64,000 nt of DNA from Acidiphilium sp. (GTDB lineage: Bacteria > Pseudomonadota > Alphaproteobacteria > Acetobacterales > Acetobacteraceae): the NCBI GenBank assembly GCA_049964975.1, contig JBMFWT010000002.1, positions 41,599-105,598 of the forward strand. The letters run 5' to 3'. Under the pieces are notes generated by a model. That model was not told the DNA's origin. It searched no databases and worked only from the letters and a program-made list of their open reading frames with translations. The translations under genes and the position numbers were made by a program. Below, piece after piece: positions 29,943 to 42,948 of this stretch; the stretch's first letter is position 1; each line of letters opens with the position of its first letter.

Positions 29943-30086
29943 TTATCCGTGCAGAGCACCTCCAGAGAGGCAAAACCCAATAATGAGCAGAACAGCCAAC
30001 AAAAACGGCCAAAGCTCGGCGAGCGTCCAGTAGGGCTTAATCATGCTTTGCTGAACCGCCTGATTTTCAAAAGAATTTTTCATCAT
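29943..30086 (-). CDS. Unannotated 47-codon single-TM peptide gene (below the ORF-track cutoff)
   Basis: The translation is MMKNSFENQAVQQSMIKPYWTLAELWPFLLAVLLIIGFCLSGGALHG. A GGAGGG SD lies at 30089-30094. The gene has its own upstream CRP-type box and its own downstream terminator. The second ATG (30083) has the better SD spacing. Confidence 0.45.
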   Translation of the reverse strand: MMKNSFENQAVQQSMIKPYWTLAELWPFLLAVLLIIGFCLSGGALHG

Positions 30087-30155
30087 CGCCCTCCGTTCAA
30101 CCGTCTTGGTGTTTCACTCGGTGCTCAAGAATTAGGGCATGAAGTGCGCCAAATC

Positions 30156-30171
30156 TGTGATCTGCATCACA
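30156..30171. promoter_or_regulatory. Perfect CRP-type palindrome TGTGA-N6-TCACA
   Basis: tgtgatctgcatcaca lies about 70 bp upstream of the small ORF. A -10-like CTAATTC (30129-30135, minus strand) would put the box centre near -41, a class II position. Confidence 0.55.
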
Positions 30172-30371
30172 CTACAACGCCGTCCGCCAAAAATCTCAGC
30201 GCGGGCAAATTATGGATCGTCCGATCAGATCCCCAGATCAGGCTTCAGGCGCCACGGCCAATATCGAATGAATATCGCCAAGCTACGCAAGTGTATGTGA
30301 ATTTTTGCAAATTATGAGCCGCGCGCGCTTATACTCTTTATAAAGACACGACTAGGTTGGAAATGATCCGA

Positions 30372-32884
<2,513 letters not shown>

Positions 32885-32930
32885 TCAGGCCAGAACCCCC
32901 GGCATCCCCAGACCATCATTTTTGCTCCGA

Positions 32931-33338
32931 TTACGGCGATTTCGTCGCGGGGGCAGCGGGCGCTTTCGGCGCGGCGGGGGCGGTTGGCAACGGCACGGCC
33001 ATGCCGCTTGGTGCGGGTGCTGCGGGGATCACCGGTTTGGCCCCTGGCAAGGTGAGCGGTGCCTGCGCCGCTGGCGGATGATCGAGTATCGATTCGGCGC
33101 CGCTGCCACCGCTATGCTTATAGAGCATGGCGAGTGCGATCGAGAGAATGAAAAACAAGGCCGCCAAAACCGCCGTGGTGCGCGTCAATAATGTCGCGGT
33201 GCCGCGCCCGGTCATGAAACTGCCCATGCCCTGGCTGGTCCCCAACCCCAATCCGCCACCCTCGCTGCGCTGGATCAGCACGACGCCGATCAACGCCAAG
33301 GTGACAAACACTTGCAGCACAAGCAAAACAGTAATCAT
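32931..33338 (-). CDS. secG: Preprotein translocase subunit SecG (with a Pro/Ala-rich tail)
   Basis: It has two TM segments and the motif LIQRSEGGGLG. Confidence 0.85.
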   Translation of the reverse strand: MITVLLVLQVFVTLALIGVVLIQRSEGGGLGLGTSQGMGSFMTGRGTATLLTRTTAVLAALFFILSIALAMLYKHSGGSGAESILDHPPAAQAPLTLPGAKPVIPAAPAPSGMAVPLPTAPAAPKAPAAPATKSP

Positions 33339-33426
33339 CGCAGCCTTCCGAATGACAGGGCGCGCGCACCAAAATGGCCAATTCGGCTTACGCCGTGCGG
33401 CCTAGTTCGGTCAACGCACGCCGCTC

Positions 33427-34167
33427 TTACCCCCCTGCCGCCGCCGCCGCAATGGCCAGAAAATCCTCGGCCTTCAAGCTGGCGCCACCCACCAACGCCC
33501 CGCCGACTTCCGGCAGCGCCAGAATCGCCTGCGCATTATCTGGCTTGACCGATCCGCCATAGAGAATGCGCATCCCCGCACCCGCATCACCCAATTGGCG
33601 CACCAGCGCCGTCCGGATCGCCTCGTGAATTTGCACAATTTCGTCGTCGGTTGGCACTTTCCCCGTGCCGATCGCCCAGATTGGTTCATAGGCAATCACC
33701 CCGGCGAAGCCCTCCGGCACGCTGCCGGCCAATTGCGCGCGCACCACGGTTACCGCCTCGCCCTGGCTGCGCTCCGCGCTCGATTCGCCAACGCAGATGA
33801 TCGGGGTCAGCCCCGCGCCAATCGCTGCTTCGGCCTTGGCGCGCACCTGTGCGTTGGTTTCATGATGATCGAGGCGCCGCTCGGAATGGCCCAAAATCAC
33901 GTGGCTTGCACCCAATTCCGCCAGTAAATCAGCCGAAACATCGCCGGTATGGGCACCTGCGCGCTTCTCGCCACAATTCTGTGCCCCCACCGCGACCCTT
34001 TCGCTCCCCAGCATTTCGATCAGTGGGCGCACCAGCGGATCGGGCGGGCAGACCAGCAAATCAACCGCACCCAAGCGCGCGAGGCCCGCCTTCAACCCGC
34101 CCGCATACGCCGCCAACGCGCCGAACGTGCCATTCATTTTCCAATTGCCCGCAATCAACTGACGCAT
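33427..34167 (-). CDS. tpiA: Triosephosphate isomerase
   Basis: It has the motifs [15 protein letters not shown] and [11 protein letters not shown]. The ATG at 34167 is preferred. The track extension is encoded by the upstream repeat array. Confidence 0.93.
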   Translation of the reverse strand: MRQLIAGNWKMNGTFGALAAYAGGLKAGLARLGAVDLLVCPPDPLVRPLIEMLGSERVAVGAQNCGEKRAGAHTGDVSADLLAELGASHVILGHSERRLDHHETNAQVRAKAEAAIGAGLTPIICVGESSAERSQGEAVTVVRAQLAGSVPEGFAGVIAYEPIWAIGTGKVPTDDEIVQIHEAIRTALVRQLGDAGAGMRILYGGSVKPDNAQAILALPEVGGALVGGASLKAEDFLAIAAAAAGG

Positions 34168-34216
34168 TTTTGCCCCCGCTGCGATGATCCCACCGATAAA
34201 CCACTCATCCCCCAAA

Positions 34217-34280
34217 CTGGCAATCGGGAGGCTCGCAATTGGACCGAAGGCTGGCAATCGGACCGGAGGCTGGCAATCGG
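34217..34280. repeat. Four direct copies of the 11-mer CT(G/C)GCAAT(C/T)GG in the tpiA/ppiD divergent intergenic region
   Basis: The copies start at 34217, 34232 (variant), 34251 and 34270. The spacings are 15, 19 and 19 bp. Confidence 0.65.
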
Positions 34281-34327
34281 GCGCGCTCGTGGTAAACGGA
34301 GCGCCTTCAGCCGATCAGGAACAACGC

Positions 34328-36214
34328 ATGCTCTCCACGATACGCCAATTGCTCGATAACTGGATTGTCCGGATTTTCTTCGGAATCCTCATCATCGTGT
34401 TCGTGTTCTGGGGGATCGCCAATGTGGTGACCTTGATTGGCTCCAGCACGGCAGTCGCAACCGTCGCGGGCAATGCCGTGCCGCTCGCGCCCATACAGAC
34501 CGCCTATCAGAACGCCATCAACCGCTACGCCGCCCAATCGGGTGGCAAAGCGCCGTCAGCCACGCTGCGGCGGATTTTTGCCGGTCAAGCGGTGGGCCAA
34601 GCGATTGACCGCGCCACCATGGCGCGCGAAGTCAATCGCCTCGGCGTTGCCGCCGCGCCGAATGCGCTGCGCAAAGAGATTTTTGCCATCGCCGCCTTCC
34701 AAGGCACCGATGGCAAATTCAGCAAAACCACCTTCAATCAGGTGCTCGCGCAAAACCATATCACGCCCGATCAATTCATGACCGAGCTCGCCAGCAGCAT
34801 CGATGCCGATCAAGTGGTGCAAGCGGTTGCTGCCGGTGCGGTTGCGCCCCAGCCGCTGGTCAATCAACTCTCGAATTTCCTCGGTCAATCGCGCAGTGCG
34901 GCTTATGTCGAGCTGCCCTTTGCCGCCGCGACCGCGCCGAACCCCCCTTCATTGGCGGTGCTGCGCCGATTCTGGCGCAACCATCCGGACCGTTTTTCGA
35001 CGCCCGAACAGCGCACCATTCAGGTCGCCGTGCTGGCCCCGAGCCTGCTGGCGCCGACCCTCACGATCAGCCAATCCGCGATTGCTGCTCAATATCAATC
35101 CGACATTGCCCGCTATCAGACGCCAGCCAAGCGTAACGTCGAGATTATCACCGCCGAATCGGCCGAGAGCGCCAAGGCCCTTGCCAGTGCTTGGCGCGGT
35201 GGCAAAAACTGGGCCGCAATGAAAGCAGCCGCAAACGCGGCCACGGCAACCGCCGTCACGTTTAAGGATGCGCAGCCTGACTCCCTGCCCTCCGGGCGTT
35301 TGTCCAAAGCGGTTTTCGCGGCCAGCCCCGATATTGTCACCGGCCCGATCAAAGGCGCGATTGGCACGTATATTTTTAAAGTCACCGACGCGACGCAAGC
35401 CGGTGCCATCCCGCTCGCCCAGGTTGCGGATCAGATCAAAGCCGCGCTGCAATTGCGCGCCGCCCGCGCGAAGATCGACGCGATCATGCCGAAATTGCAA
35501 GACGCACTGGCTGGCAACACCCCGCTCGATAAAATGCCGGCTGATCTGCACCTGAGCCTAACGACCCTCACGCTTGATGCCCAAGGCCGGCAGCCGGATG
35601 GCAGCCCGGTCAACATCCCCGGTCCGCCCCCCTTACGCCAGGCCGTGATCAACGCCGCCTTCACCACCCCGCAAGGGGCGGCTCCGTCGTTCCATAAAAC
35701 GCCCGGCCACAATGATTTCATTCTCAGCGTGAATAAAATCACGCCGCCGCAGCTCAAGCCCTATGACAGCGTAAAGGCCACTGTGCTTGCCGACTGGACC
35801 GCGCATCAGCTTGAACATGCGCAAAATATCGCGGCGACCCAATTGGTCACAGCAGTTAAATCGGGCCAAACGCTCGCCCAAGCCGCCAGTGCGGCTGGCT
35901 TGCCGATGACGGTGGTGGGGCCGTTTGGCCGCAGCAAACTGCCCAAACCTCTGCCCAAGCGCCTATTGCCAATTTTGTTTGCGCTCAAGCAAGGCCAGCC
36001 AACCATGATCGAGACCCGCATTGGCTTTGTGGTCGCCACGGTCACGGCGATCACGCCGCCCACTGGGCAAGCTGCCAAAAATTTACACACCCAACTCGCC
36101 AAAGTGCTTGATAACAGCATGCAAACGGCCATTCTGCAGAGCTTCGCCACCGGCCTGCGTCAACGCGATCACGTCAAAATTAACGATAAAATCGTTCATC
36201 AGATCAGCTCTTAA
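34328..36214 (+). CDS. PpiD-like periplasmic chaperone / peptidyl-prolyl isomerase (SurA N-domain family)
   Basis: It has an N-terminal TM anchor (IVRIFFGILIIVFVFWG) and a long periplasmic SurA_N/rotamase-like region. An AGGA SD precedes the ATG at 34328. Confidence 0.75.
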   Translation: MLSTIRQLLDNWIVRIFFGILIIVFVFWGIANVVTLIGSSTAVATVAGNAVPLAPIQTAYQNAINRYAAQSGGKAPSATLRRIFAGQAVGQAIDRATMAREVNRLGVAAAPNALRKEIFAIAAFQGTDGKFSKTTFNQVLAQNHITPDQFMTELASSIDADQVVQAVAAGAVAPQPLVNQLSNFLGQSRSAAYVELPFAAATAPNPPSLAVLRRFWRNHPDRFSTPEQRTIQVAVLAPSLLAPTLTISQSAIAAQYQSDIARYQTPAKRNVEIITAESAESAKALASAWRGGKNWAAMKAAANAATATAVTFKDAQPDSLPSGRLSKAVFAASPDIVTGPIKGAIGTYIFKVTDATQAGAIPLAQVADQIKAALQLRAARAKIDAIMPKLQDALAGNTPLDKMPADLHLSLTTLTLDAQGRQPDGSPVNIPGPPPLRQAVINAAFTTPQGAAPSFHKTPGHNDFILSVNKITPPQLKPYDSVKATVLADWTAHQLEHAQNIAATQLVTAVKSGQTLAQAASAAGLPMTVVGPFGRSKLPKPLPKRLLPILFALKQGQPTMIETRIGFVVATVTAITPPTGQAAKNLHTQLAKVLDNSMQTAILQSFATGLRQRDHVKINDKIVHQISS

Positions 36215-36249
36215 CCCCGTTACCCGATGCAACACCCTCCGGAGCCACA

Positions 36250-37764
36250 ATGGACGCCGCCACCGCCGATCAACAAAGCGCCTTCGTCACGACCTACACC
36301 GTCGGCCCTGGCGCGTTGGTCTGGCGGGTTCTGGCCGCCGATCTGATCACCCCGGTCGCGGCGTTTCTGCGCCTCGCTCACGGCAAACCCTTTTCGCTCT
36401 TGCTTGAAAGCGTCGAAGGCGGTGCGGTGCGCGGGCGCTACTCGGTCATCGCCTTCGCACCCGATTTGGTCTGGCGCTGCGAGGCAGGAGCGGTCAGCAT
36501 TAATCGCGATGCGGCGAGCGATCCCGGCGCGTTCGTGGCTGACCCGCGCGATGCGTTCACCAGTCTGCGCGCTTTGATCGCGGAGACCCGGCTGACCTTG
36601 CCTGAACATCTTCCGCCAATGACCGGCGGGCTGGTCGGGTATCTTGGCTATGACATGGTCCGGCTGATGGAAGAGCTTCCGGCCACCAACCCCGATACGC
36701 TGGGCATTCCCGATGCGGTGCTGATGCGCCCAGGGCTGTTTGCGATTTTCGATTCGGTGAAGGATGAAATCACCCTCGCCGCACCCGCCTGGCAGCGCCC
36801 CGGCCTATCCGCCCAACACGCTTATCAGTCAGCCCTCGCCCGGATCGATGCTGCCCAAGCGGCGCTCGATCAACCAACCCCGCATTTGCTCGGCTCGACA
36901 GAAGCCGCAGGCCCGCCACGCTCGAACATGACCGAGCAAGAATTTAAATCGATGGTGCAGCGCGGGCGTGACTATATCGCGGCGGGCGATATTTTTCAGG
37001 TGGTGGCCAGCCAGCGTTTCGCCCTGGACTATACCGCGCCACCCTTTGCTTTTTACCGCAGTTTGCGGCGGATCAACCCGGCGCCCTTTCTGTTTTTCCT
37101 TGATTTCGGCCATTATCAAGCGGTTGGCTCCAGTCCAGAAATCCTAGTGCGGCTGCGCGATGGCACCATCACCATCCGCCCGCTCGCGGGCACCCGCAAA
37201 CGCGGTGCTGACCGCGCCGAAGACGAAGCCTTGGAAACCGAGTTGCTCGAAGACCCCAAAGAGCGCGCCGAGCATTTGATGTTGCTTGATCTCGCGCGCA
37301 ACGATGTTGGCCGGGTTGCTAAAATCGGCTCGGTCACCGTGACGGAGAGCTTCGCGATTGAGCGGTTTTCCCATGTGATGCATATTTCCTCGACCGTCGA
37401 GGGCAAAATCCGCGACGATGCCGATGCGCTCGATGCGCTAATCGCGGGTTTTCCCGCCGGCACGCTCTCCGGCGCGCCCAAAGTTCGGGCCATGGAGATC
37501 ATCGAGGAGTTTGAACCTTCGCGCCGGGGCTTATATGGCGGCTGCATCGGCTATTTCGCCGCCAATGGCACAATGGACACGTGCATTGCCTTGCGCACCG
37601 CCCTGATCAAAGATCAAACGCTCTATGTGCAATCGGGCGTCGGCATCGTTGCCGATTCTGACCCTGACGCCGAATATGCCGAAAGCCTGCAAAAAGCCCG
37701 CGCTTTGTTCCGCGCCGCTGAAGACGTGTCCCAATATATCAGCGCGAACCGGAGCACGCCATGA
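36250..37764 (+). CDS. trpE: Anthranilate synthase component I
   Basis: It has the LLESVEGG motif and a chorismate-binding domain with GAPK..AMEII and GGCIGY. Confidence 0.95.
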   Translation: MDAATADQQSAFVTTYTVGPGALVWRVLAADLITPVAAFLRLAHGKPFSLLLESVEGGAVRGRYSVIAFAPDLVWRCEAGAVSINRDAASDPGAFVADPRDAFTSLRALIAETRLTLPEHLPPMTGGLVGYLGYDMVRLMEELPATNPDTLGIPDAVLMRPGLFAIFDSVKDEITLAAPAWQRPGLSAQHAYQSALARIDAAQAALDQPTPHLLGSTEAAGPPRSNMTEQEFKSMVQRGRDYIAAGDIFQVVASQRFALDYTAPPFAFYRSLRRINPAPFLFFLDFGHYQAVGSSPEILVRLRDGTITIRPLAGTRKRGADRAEDEALETELLEDPKERAEHLMLLDLARNDVGRVAKIGSVTVTESFAIERFSHVMHISSTVEGKIRDDADALDALIAGFPAGTLSGAPKVRAMEIIEEFEPSRRGLYGGCIGYFAANGTMDTCIALRTALIKDQTLYVQSGVGIVADSDPDAEYAESLQKARALFRAAEDVSQYISANRSTP

Positions 37765-39401
37765 TCCTGATTATTGATAATTATGACAGTTTTACCTTCA
37801 ATCTCGTGCATTTTTTCGGCGATCTCGGTGTTGATTGCCTGGTTCGGCGCAATGATAAAATCACGCCTGACGAAGTCCTTGCGCTCCGCCCGGAAGCCAT
37901 TGTGCTCTCGCCTGGCCCCTGCACGCCCAATGAGGCCGGTATTTGTCTTGACCTGATCGGCGCTGCCGCCGGCAAAATCCCGATCCTTGGTGTCTGTCTG
38001 GGTCATCAAGCGATCGGCCAGGCGTTCGGCGGCAAGGTGATCCGCGCGCCGCAACCGATGCACGGCAAAATGGCGGCCATCCGCCATCAAGGCAGCGATC
38101 TGTTCGCCGGCGTGCCGGATGGGTTCGAGGCGACCCGCTATCATTCACTGATCGTTGAGCGCGAGACCTTACCGGCTGCGCTGATCCCCACCGCCTTTAC
38201 CGAAGACGGCCTAATTATGGGGCTACGCCATCGCGATTTGCCGATTTTCGGTGTGCAATTTCACCCCGAAAGCATCGCTACCGCCCATGGCCACACGCTG
38301 CTGCGCAACTTCCTGGCCCTCGTGCGGGGCCGCAATCAGGGCAATATCGAAATCTTGGCCGATTTGAAGCCAGTGCTGGATCGCCTGGCGCGCGGCGACA
38401 AGCTGAGTGAAGAACTCGCCGAAGCGGCGTTCGGCGCGATCATCGATGGTAAATCCAATGATGCGCAAATTGCCGGCATGCTGCTCGCGATGCGCGTGCG
38501 CGGCGAAACCACCGCCGAACTTACCGGCGCGGTGCGGGCCATGCGCGAGCGCATGCGCGCTATCGCGGCGCCGCCCGATGCCATCGATGTTTGTGGCACT
38601 GGCGGCGATGGGGTTGGCACTCTCAACATCTCCACCGCCGTCACCTTCGTGCTGGCGGGCCTTGATGTGCCGGTTGCCAAACATGGCAATCGGGCTTTGT
38701 CCTCGCGCGCCGGTGCAGCGGATGTGCTCACCGCCTTAGGCGTCGTGGTTGAACCCCCGTTTGAACGCCTCTCGGCGATTCTCGCCGAGGCAGGTTGCGT
38801 TTTCCTCTACGCGCCGCGCCATCATGCCGGGTTGCGCCACGCCGCCGCCGCCCGCATCGCGCTGGGCACCCGCACGATTTTCAATTTGCTCGGCCCGCTT
38901 GCCAATCCTGCCTCGGTGCGCCGACAATTGATAGGCGTTTACGATCCGAGCTGGGCCCGCCCGATGGCCGAAACCCTTGCCCAAACCGGCACGCTGCGCG
39001 CCATGATCGTGCATGGCCAAGGGCTGGACGAACTCACTTTGGCCGGGCCGAGCGAGATCACCGCCCTCGATAACGGTGCCATTACCAGCTTCACCATCAC
39101 CCCCGAGCAAGCTGGTCTCACCCGCGCCCCGCTCACCGCGCTGATTGGCGGCGATGCCACCCATAACGCCGGCAAACTCAGCGCGTTGCTCGATGGTGAA
39201 CACAGCGCCTATCGCGACGCCGTGATCCTCAACGCCGCTGCAGCGCTGATCGTTGCCGGGCGCACCGAGGATTTCCGCGATGCCGCGCGTATGGCCGCGA
39301 GCAGCATCGATCAAGGCGCCGCCCGCGCCGCCCTTGATCGGCTGCGCCGCGCCAGTGCCAGCGCGCTGACCAAACCCAATTTTTCGGAACCCGCCCGATG
39401 A
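37761..39401 (+). CDS. trpGD: Fused anthranilate synthase component II (glutamine amidotransferase) and anthranilate phosphoribosyltransferase
   Basis: The N-terminal part is GATase ([20 protein letters not shown]). The C-terminal part is TrpD (CGTGGDG, KHGNRA). It is one continuous 546-aa frame. Confidence 0.93.
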   Translation: MILIIDNYDSFTFNLVHFFGDLGVDCLVRRNDKITPDEVLALRPEAIVLSPGPCTPNEAGICLDLIGAAAGKIPILGVCLGHQAIGQAFGGKVIRAPQPMHGKMAAIRHQGSDLFAGVPDGFEATRYHSLIVERETLPAALIPTAFTEDGLIMGLRHRDLPIFGVQFHPESIATAHGHTLLRNFLALVRGRNQGNIEILADLKPVLDRLARGDKLSEELAEAAFGAIIDGKSNDAQIAGMLLAMRVRGETTAELTGAVRAMRERMRAIAAPPDAIDVCGTGGDGVGTLNISTAVTFVLAGLDVPVAKHGNRALSSRAGAADVLTALGVVVEPPFERLSAILAEAGCVFLYAPRHHAGLRHAAAARIALGTRTIFNLLGPLANPASVRRQLIGVYDPSWARPMAETLAQTGTLRAMIVHGQGLDELTLAGPSEITALDNGAITSFTITPEQAGLTRAPLTALIGGDATHNAGKLSALLDGEHSAYRDAVILNAAAALIVAGRTEDFRDAARMAASSIDQGAARAALDRLRRASASALTKPNFSEPAR

Positions 39402-40204
39402 GCGCATCGACCGACATCCTCGCCCGCATCTGCGCCAATACCCGCGCCGAAATCGCCCAGCGCAGCGCGAGCCAACCGCTTGAGGAGCTGAAAGCCCGCG
39501 TTGCCGATGCCCCGCGCCCGCGCGGCTTCGCCCGCGCCTTGATGGATGCCGCAGCGGCGGGACGCACCGGCCTGATCGCCGAAATCAAAAAAGCCTCACC
39601 CTCGGCGGGGCTGATCCGCGCTGATTTCGATCCTGCCGCCATTGCCCGCGCGTATCGCGACGCCGGCGCGGCCTGCCTCTCGGTGCTGACCGACACCAGT
39701 TATTTCCAAGGTACCAACACCCATCTGCAAGATGCGCGCGATGCAGTCGATCTGCCAATTTTGCGCAAGGATTTTATCCTCACCGAGTGGCAAATCTACG
39801 AAAGTCGCGCCATCGGCGCTGACTGCATCCTGCTGATCATGGCCGCCCTGACCGATGACGAGGCCCGCCGCTTCGAGGAACTCGCGACCGGGCTTGATAT
39901 GAATGTGCTGGTCGAAATCCACGATCAATCCGAGCTTGACCGCGCATTGGGCCTGCAAGCGCGATTAATCGGGATTAATAATCGCGATCTGAAAACTATG
40001 GTCACCGATATCGGCCTGTCCGAACGCCTGGCCCCGCAAATTCCGCCCGAACGCTTTGTGGTGGGCGAAAGCGGTATCCGCTCCTATGCCGATATCCAAC
40101 GGCTGCAAGCCGCCGGTGTGCAAGGGGTGCTGGTCGGTGAAAGCCTGATGCGCCAGCCCGATATCAAGGAAGCGACGCAAGCCCTGCTTGGCCTCGCTCC
40201 ATGA
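39398..40204 (+). CDS. trpC: Indole-3-glycerol phosphate synthase
   Basis: It has the motifs [15 protein letters not shown] and INNRDL. It overlaps the genes on both sides by 4 nt. Confidence 0.95.
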   Translation: MSASTDILARICANTRAEIAQRSASQPLEELKARVADAPRPRGFARALMDAAAAGRTGLIAEIKKASPSAGLIRADFDPAAIARAYRDAGAACLSVLTDTSYFQGTNTHLQDARDAVDLPILRKDFILTEWQIYESRAIGADCILLIMAALTDDEARRFEELATGLDMNVLVEIHDQSELDRALGLQARLIGINNRDLKTMVTDIGLSERLAPQIPPERFVVGESGIRSYADIQRLQAAGVQGVLVGESLMRQPDIKEATQALLGLAP

Positions 40205-40701
40205 GAGAAACACCCAGCCTCACCCATCCAAACCTCACCCATATCGATGAAACGGGTGCCGCCCGCATGGTCGATGTCGGCGCGAAACCCGCGACCATGC
40301 GCGAGGCGCGTGCCGCCTGCCGCATCATCATGCAACCTGCCACGCTGGCGCTGATTCTCGCCGGCACCGCGAAAAAAGGCGATGTGCTGGCGACAGCCCG
40401 CATCGCCGGGATCATGGCGGCCAAACGCACCGCCGACTTGATCCCGCTTTGCCACCCGCTCGCTCTCTCCGCCGTCACCGTCGATCTGATGCCCGATCCT
40501 GCCCTGCCGGGCGTGCAGATCACCGCCATGGTCCGCACCACCGGCCCGACAGGCGTAGAGATGGAAGCCCTCACCGCCGCCTCGGTTGCCGCCCTCACGC
40601 TCTATGACATGGTCAAGGCGGTGGATCGCGCGATGCGGATCGATGATCTGCGCGTCACCCATAAATCCGGCGGCAAGTCCGGCGAGTTTTCCGCGCCATG
40701 A
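40201..40701 (+). CDS. moaC: Cyclic pyranopterin monophosphate synthase
   Basis: It has the motifs LTH.D..G.ARMVDV, IPLCHP and TGVEMEAL. Confidence 0.95.
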   Translation: MRETPSLTHPNLTHIDETGAARMVDVGAKPATMREARAACRIIMQPATLALILAGTAKKGDVLATARIAGIMAAKRTADLIPLCHPLALSAVTVDLMPDPALPGVQITAMVRTTGPTGVEMEALTAASVAALTLYDMVKAVDRAMRIDDLRVTHKSGGKSGEFSAP

Positions 40702-41897
40702 TCTCCATTGAGGAAGCCCGCGCGCGCATCCTCGCTGCGCTGGGACCCACCCATCCCGAAATCGTGCCGCTCAGTGCGGCGTCAGGCCGGGTGCTCGCCG
40801 CCCCAATCCGCGCCCGTCTCAACCAACCACCGCATGATCTCTCCGCGATGGATGGGTTCGCGCTCCGCGCCGCCGATGTCGGCAAAACGCTCGAAATCAT
40901 TGGCGAGGCGCCGGCGGGGCACCCGTTCGCAGGCGCGCTCCGGTCCGGCGAGACGATCAGGCTCTATACCGGTAGCGTTCTGCCCGCAGGGGCTGATTGT
41001 GTGATCATCCAGGAAAATGCCCAGATCACCGGCAATCAAGTCCGCTTTCACGCGGATGCCAAACCGGGTCAGAATATCCGCCGCCAGGGCCAGGATTTTG
41101 CCCTGGATGATGATTTGCTGGCACCCGGCATCCGCCTCACCCCGCGCGCCATCGGCCTCGCCGCCGCTGCCAATCACCCTTGGCTCAGCGTGCATCGCAA
41201 GCCCATCATCGCCATCCTCGCCACCGGCGATGAAATTGCACTCCCCGGCACCCCAATCCCACCCGGCGGCATCATCAGCTCCAACGCCCATGCCCTCGCT
41301 GCCTTCATCCACAACCATGGTGCCACACCGCTGATCCTGCCGATCGCCGCCGATAACCGCGAAGCCATCGCGCAAGCCGCCGCCAGCGCTGGCCATGCGG
41401 ACCTCCTGCTCACCACCGGCGGTGCCAGCGTCGGCGCCCATGACTTGGTGCGCGATGCCCTGGCCGATGAAGGGCTGGTACAAAATTTCTGGACCATTGC
41501 AATGCGCCCCGGCAAACCCTTGATGTTCGGCCAGCTCGGCACCCTGCCCGTGCTCGGGCTGCCCGGCAACCCGGTCTCCGCCCTGGTTTGCGCCCTGCTG
41601 TTCGCAGGCCCCGCCATCCAATATCTCTCCGGCCTACCCGGTGATCCGCCCGTGCGCGAACTGGCACGCTGCACCGTTTCGCTCCCCGCCAATGACCGCC
41701 GTGCCGATCATCTGCGCGCCACCCTCGCCCACGACGCGGATGGGACCTGGCAAGTCACCCCATTCGCCGCCCAAGATTCCGCCATGCTGCGCCGCCTCAC
41801 CAACGCCGACGCCCTTTTGCTGCGCGCGCCCCACGCCCCCGCCAGCGAGGCCGGGGCACTGGTCGATATCATCAATTTGCGCCATAACGGCCTATAA
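40698..41897 (+). CDS. moeA: Molybdopterin molybdenumtransferase
   Basis: It has the MoeA architecture ([24 protein letters not shown]). Confidence 0.92.
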   Translation: MISIEEARARILAALGPTHPEIVPLSAASGRVLAAPIRARLNQPPHDLSAMDGFALRAADVGKTLEIIGEAPAGHPFAGALRSGETIRLYTGSVLPAGADCVIIQENAQITGNQVRFHADAKPGQNIRRQGQDFALDDDLLAPGIRLTPRAIGLAAAANHPWLSVHRKPIIAILATGDEIALPGTPIPPGGIISSNAHALAAFIHNHGATPLILPIAADNREAIAQAAASAGHADLLLTTGGASVGAHDLVRDALADEGLVQNFWTIAMRPGKPLMFGQLGTLPVLGLPGNPVSALVCALLFAGPAIQYLSGLPGDPPVRELARCTVSLPANDRRADHLRATLAHDADGTWQVTPFAAQDSAMLRRLTNADALLLRAPHAPASEAGALVDIINLRHNGL

Positions 41898-41923
41898 CGT
41901 CCCTTAATCGGAACCTGATCGCC

Positions 41924-42112
41924 ATGCGCCTGCTCCTCGCCCTGCTGCTCCCCTGGCTGCAATTTTTCACCATTGGCCGCCCAATCGCCGGGATCATCTG
42001 CCTGATCCTGCAAATCACCCTGATTGGCTGGATCCCCGCCGCCATCTGGTCGGTCTATGCACTCAGCCAATACAAAACCGACCAAAAAATCAGCCGCGCC
42101 CTCGGCCAGTAA
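41924..42112 (+). CDS. Small two-TM membrane protein
   Basis: The 62-aa product has two hydrophobic helices, MRLLLALLLPWLQFF and IAGIICLILQITLIGWIPAAIW. The family was not recognised with confidence. Confidence 0.45.
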   Translation: MRLLLALLLPWLQFFTIGRPIAGIICLILQITLIGWIPAAIWSVYALSQYKTDQKISRALGQ

Positions 42113-42326
42113 CGCCTCGCTGGCGTTCCGGCGCGAGAACTCATGGCCCATCCACGGTAAAACCTGACCAATCGCGGAAATGCCGCGCAGGCATTATCGC
42201 GCAAGGGTGACGAGGTGATGCCTCGCCGTCGTCACAATCGGCGGCTATAATCGGCGTGAGACGGGTTCGCCGATTGCGGTCCCGTCACCGTATGGTGTAA
42301 CGATACCACAATATATAGGGGTCCAC

Positions 42327-42941
42327 ATGCTGATTTCGCGCCGTAACACACTAGCTCTAGTCGGTGCTGCTGCACTCGCGCCAACACTTGGCCGCGCCGC
42401 CGACACGATTAATCCGTTCGGTATCCGAGCCGTCGGCAATCCGCATGCCAAATTGAAAATCATTGAATATTTTTCGATGGGTTGTCCGCATTGCGCGGAA
42501 TTTGCCACCCATGCTTTGCCGAAAATCATTGCCGCGTATGTAAAAACCGGAAAACTATATTATGTTTTTAGAGATTTTCCGCTCGATAGTGTATCGGTTA
42601 TGGCCGCTGCCGTGGCTCGGTCGCTCCCCGAGAGCCGCTATGTGGCGTTCAATGAGATGTTGTTTTCCCACCAATATGAGTGGGCCTATGATCCCAAACT
42701 AAAGACACTGCCGGAGTATCAGGACGCCTTGTTCAAATTCGCGGCCCTCGCCGGCATGGATCGGGCTAGCTTCAATGCAGCGGTGTCTAGCATGCCGTTG
42801 CAAAAATTCATCATCGGTGAACGCAAACATGCTGAGAAAATCTATAAGGTCGATGCGACACCGACTTTCATATTTAACGGCAAAAAACATCCTGGCGCCG
42901 TTGATTTCCAACAATTTTCTTCGATGATCGGGGAGGCATAG
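42327..42941 (+). CDS. DsbA-family thiol:disulfide oxidoreductase with a Tat-type signal
   Basis: It has the signal SRRNTLALVGAAALA and the active site CPHC in a thioredoxin fold. Confidence 0.85.
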   Translation: MLISRRNTLALVGAAALAPTLGRAADTINPFGIRAVGNPHAKLKIIEYFSMGCPHCAEFATHALPKIIAAYVKTGKLYYVFRDFPLDSVSVMAAAVARSLPESRYVAFNEMLFSHQYEWAYDPKLKTLPEYQDALFKFAALAGMDRASFNAAVSSMPLQKFIIGERKHAEKIYKVDATPTFIFNGKKHPGAVDFQQFSSMIGEA

Positions 42942-42948
42942 GGCTGCA

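Noticed and set aside
29704-30012. The track ORF gives the Crp-family gene a 103-codon N-terminal extension.
   Set aside because: The extension would read through a strong intrinsic terminator (29758-29791) and through the small-ORF region. The cNMP-binding domain begins right after the ATG at 29703.
29949-30317. A 122-aa plus-strand ORF lies in the kdsA/crp intergenic region.
   Set aside because: Its sequence is not protein-like, it has no SD, and it is antisense to the better-supported small ORF with its SD and CRP box.
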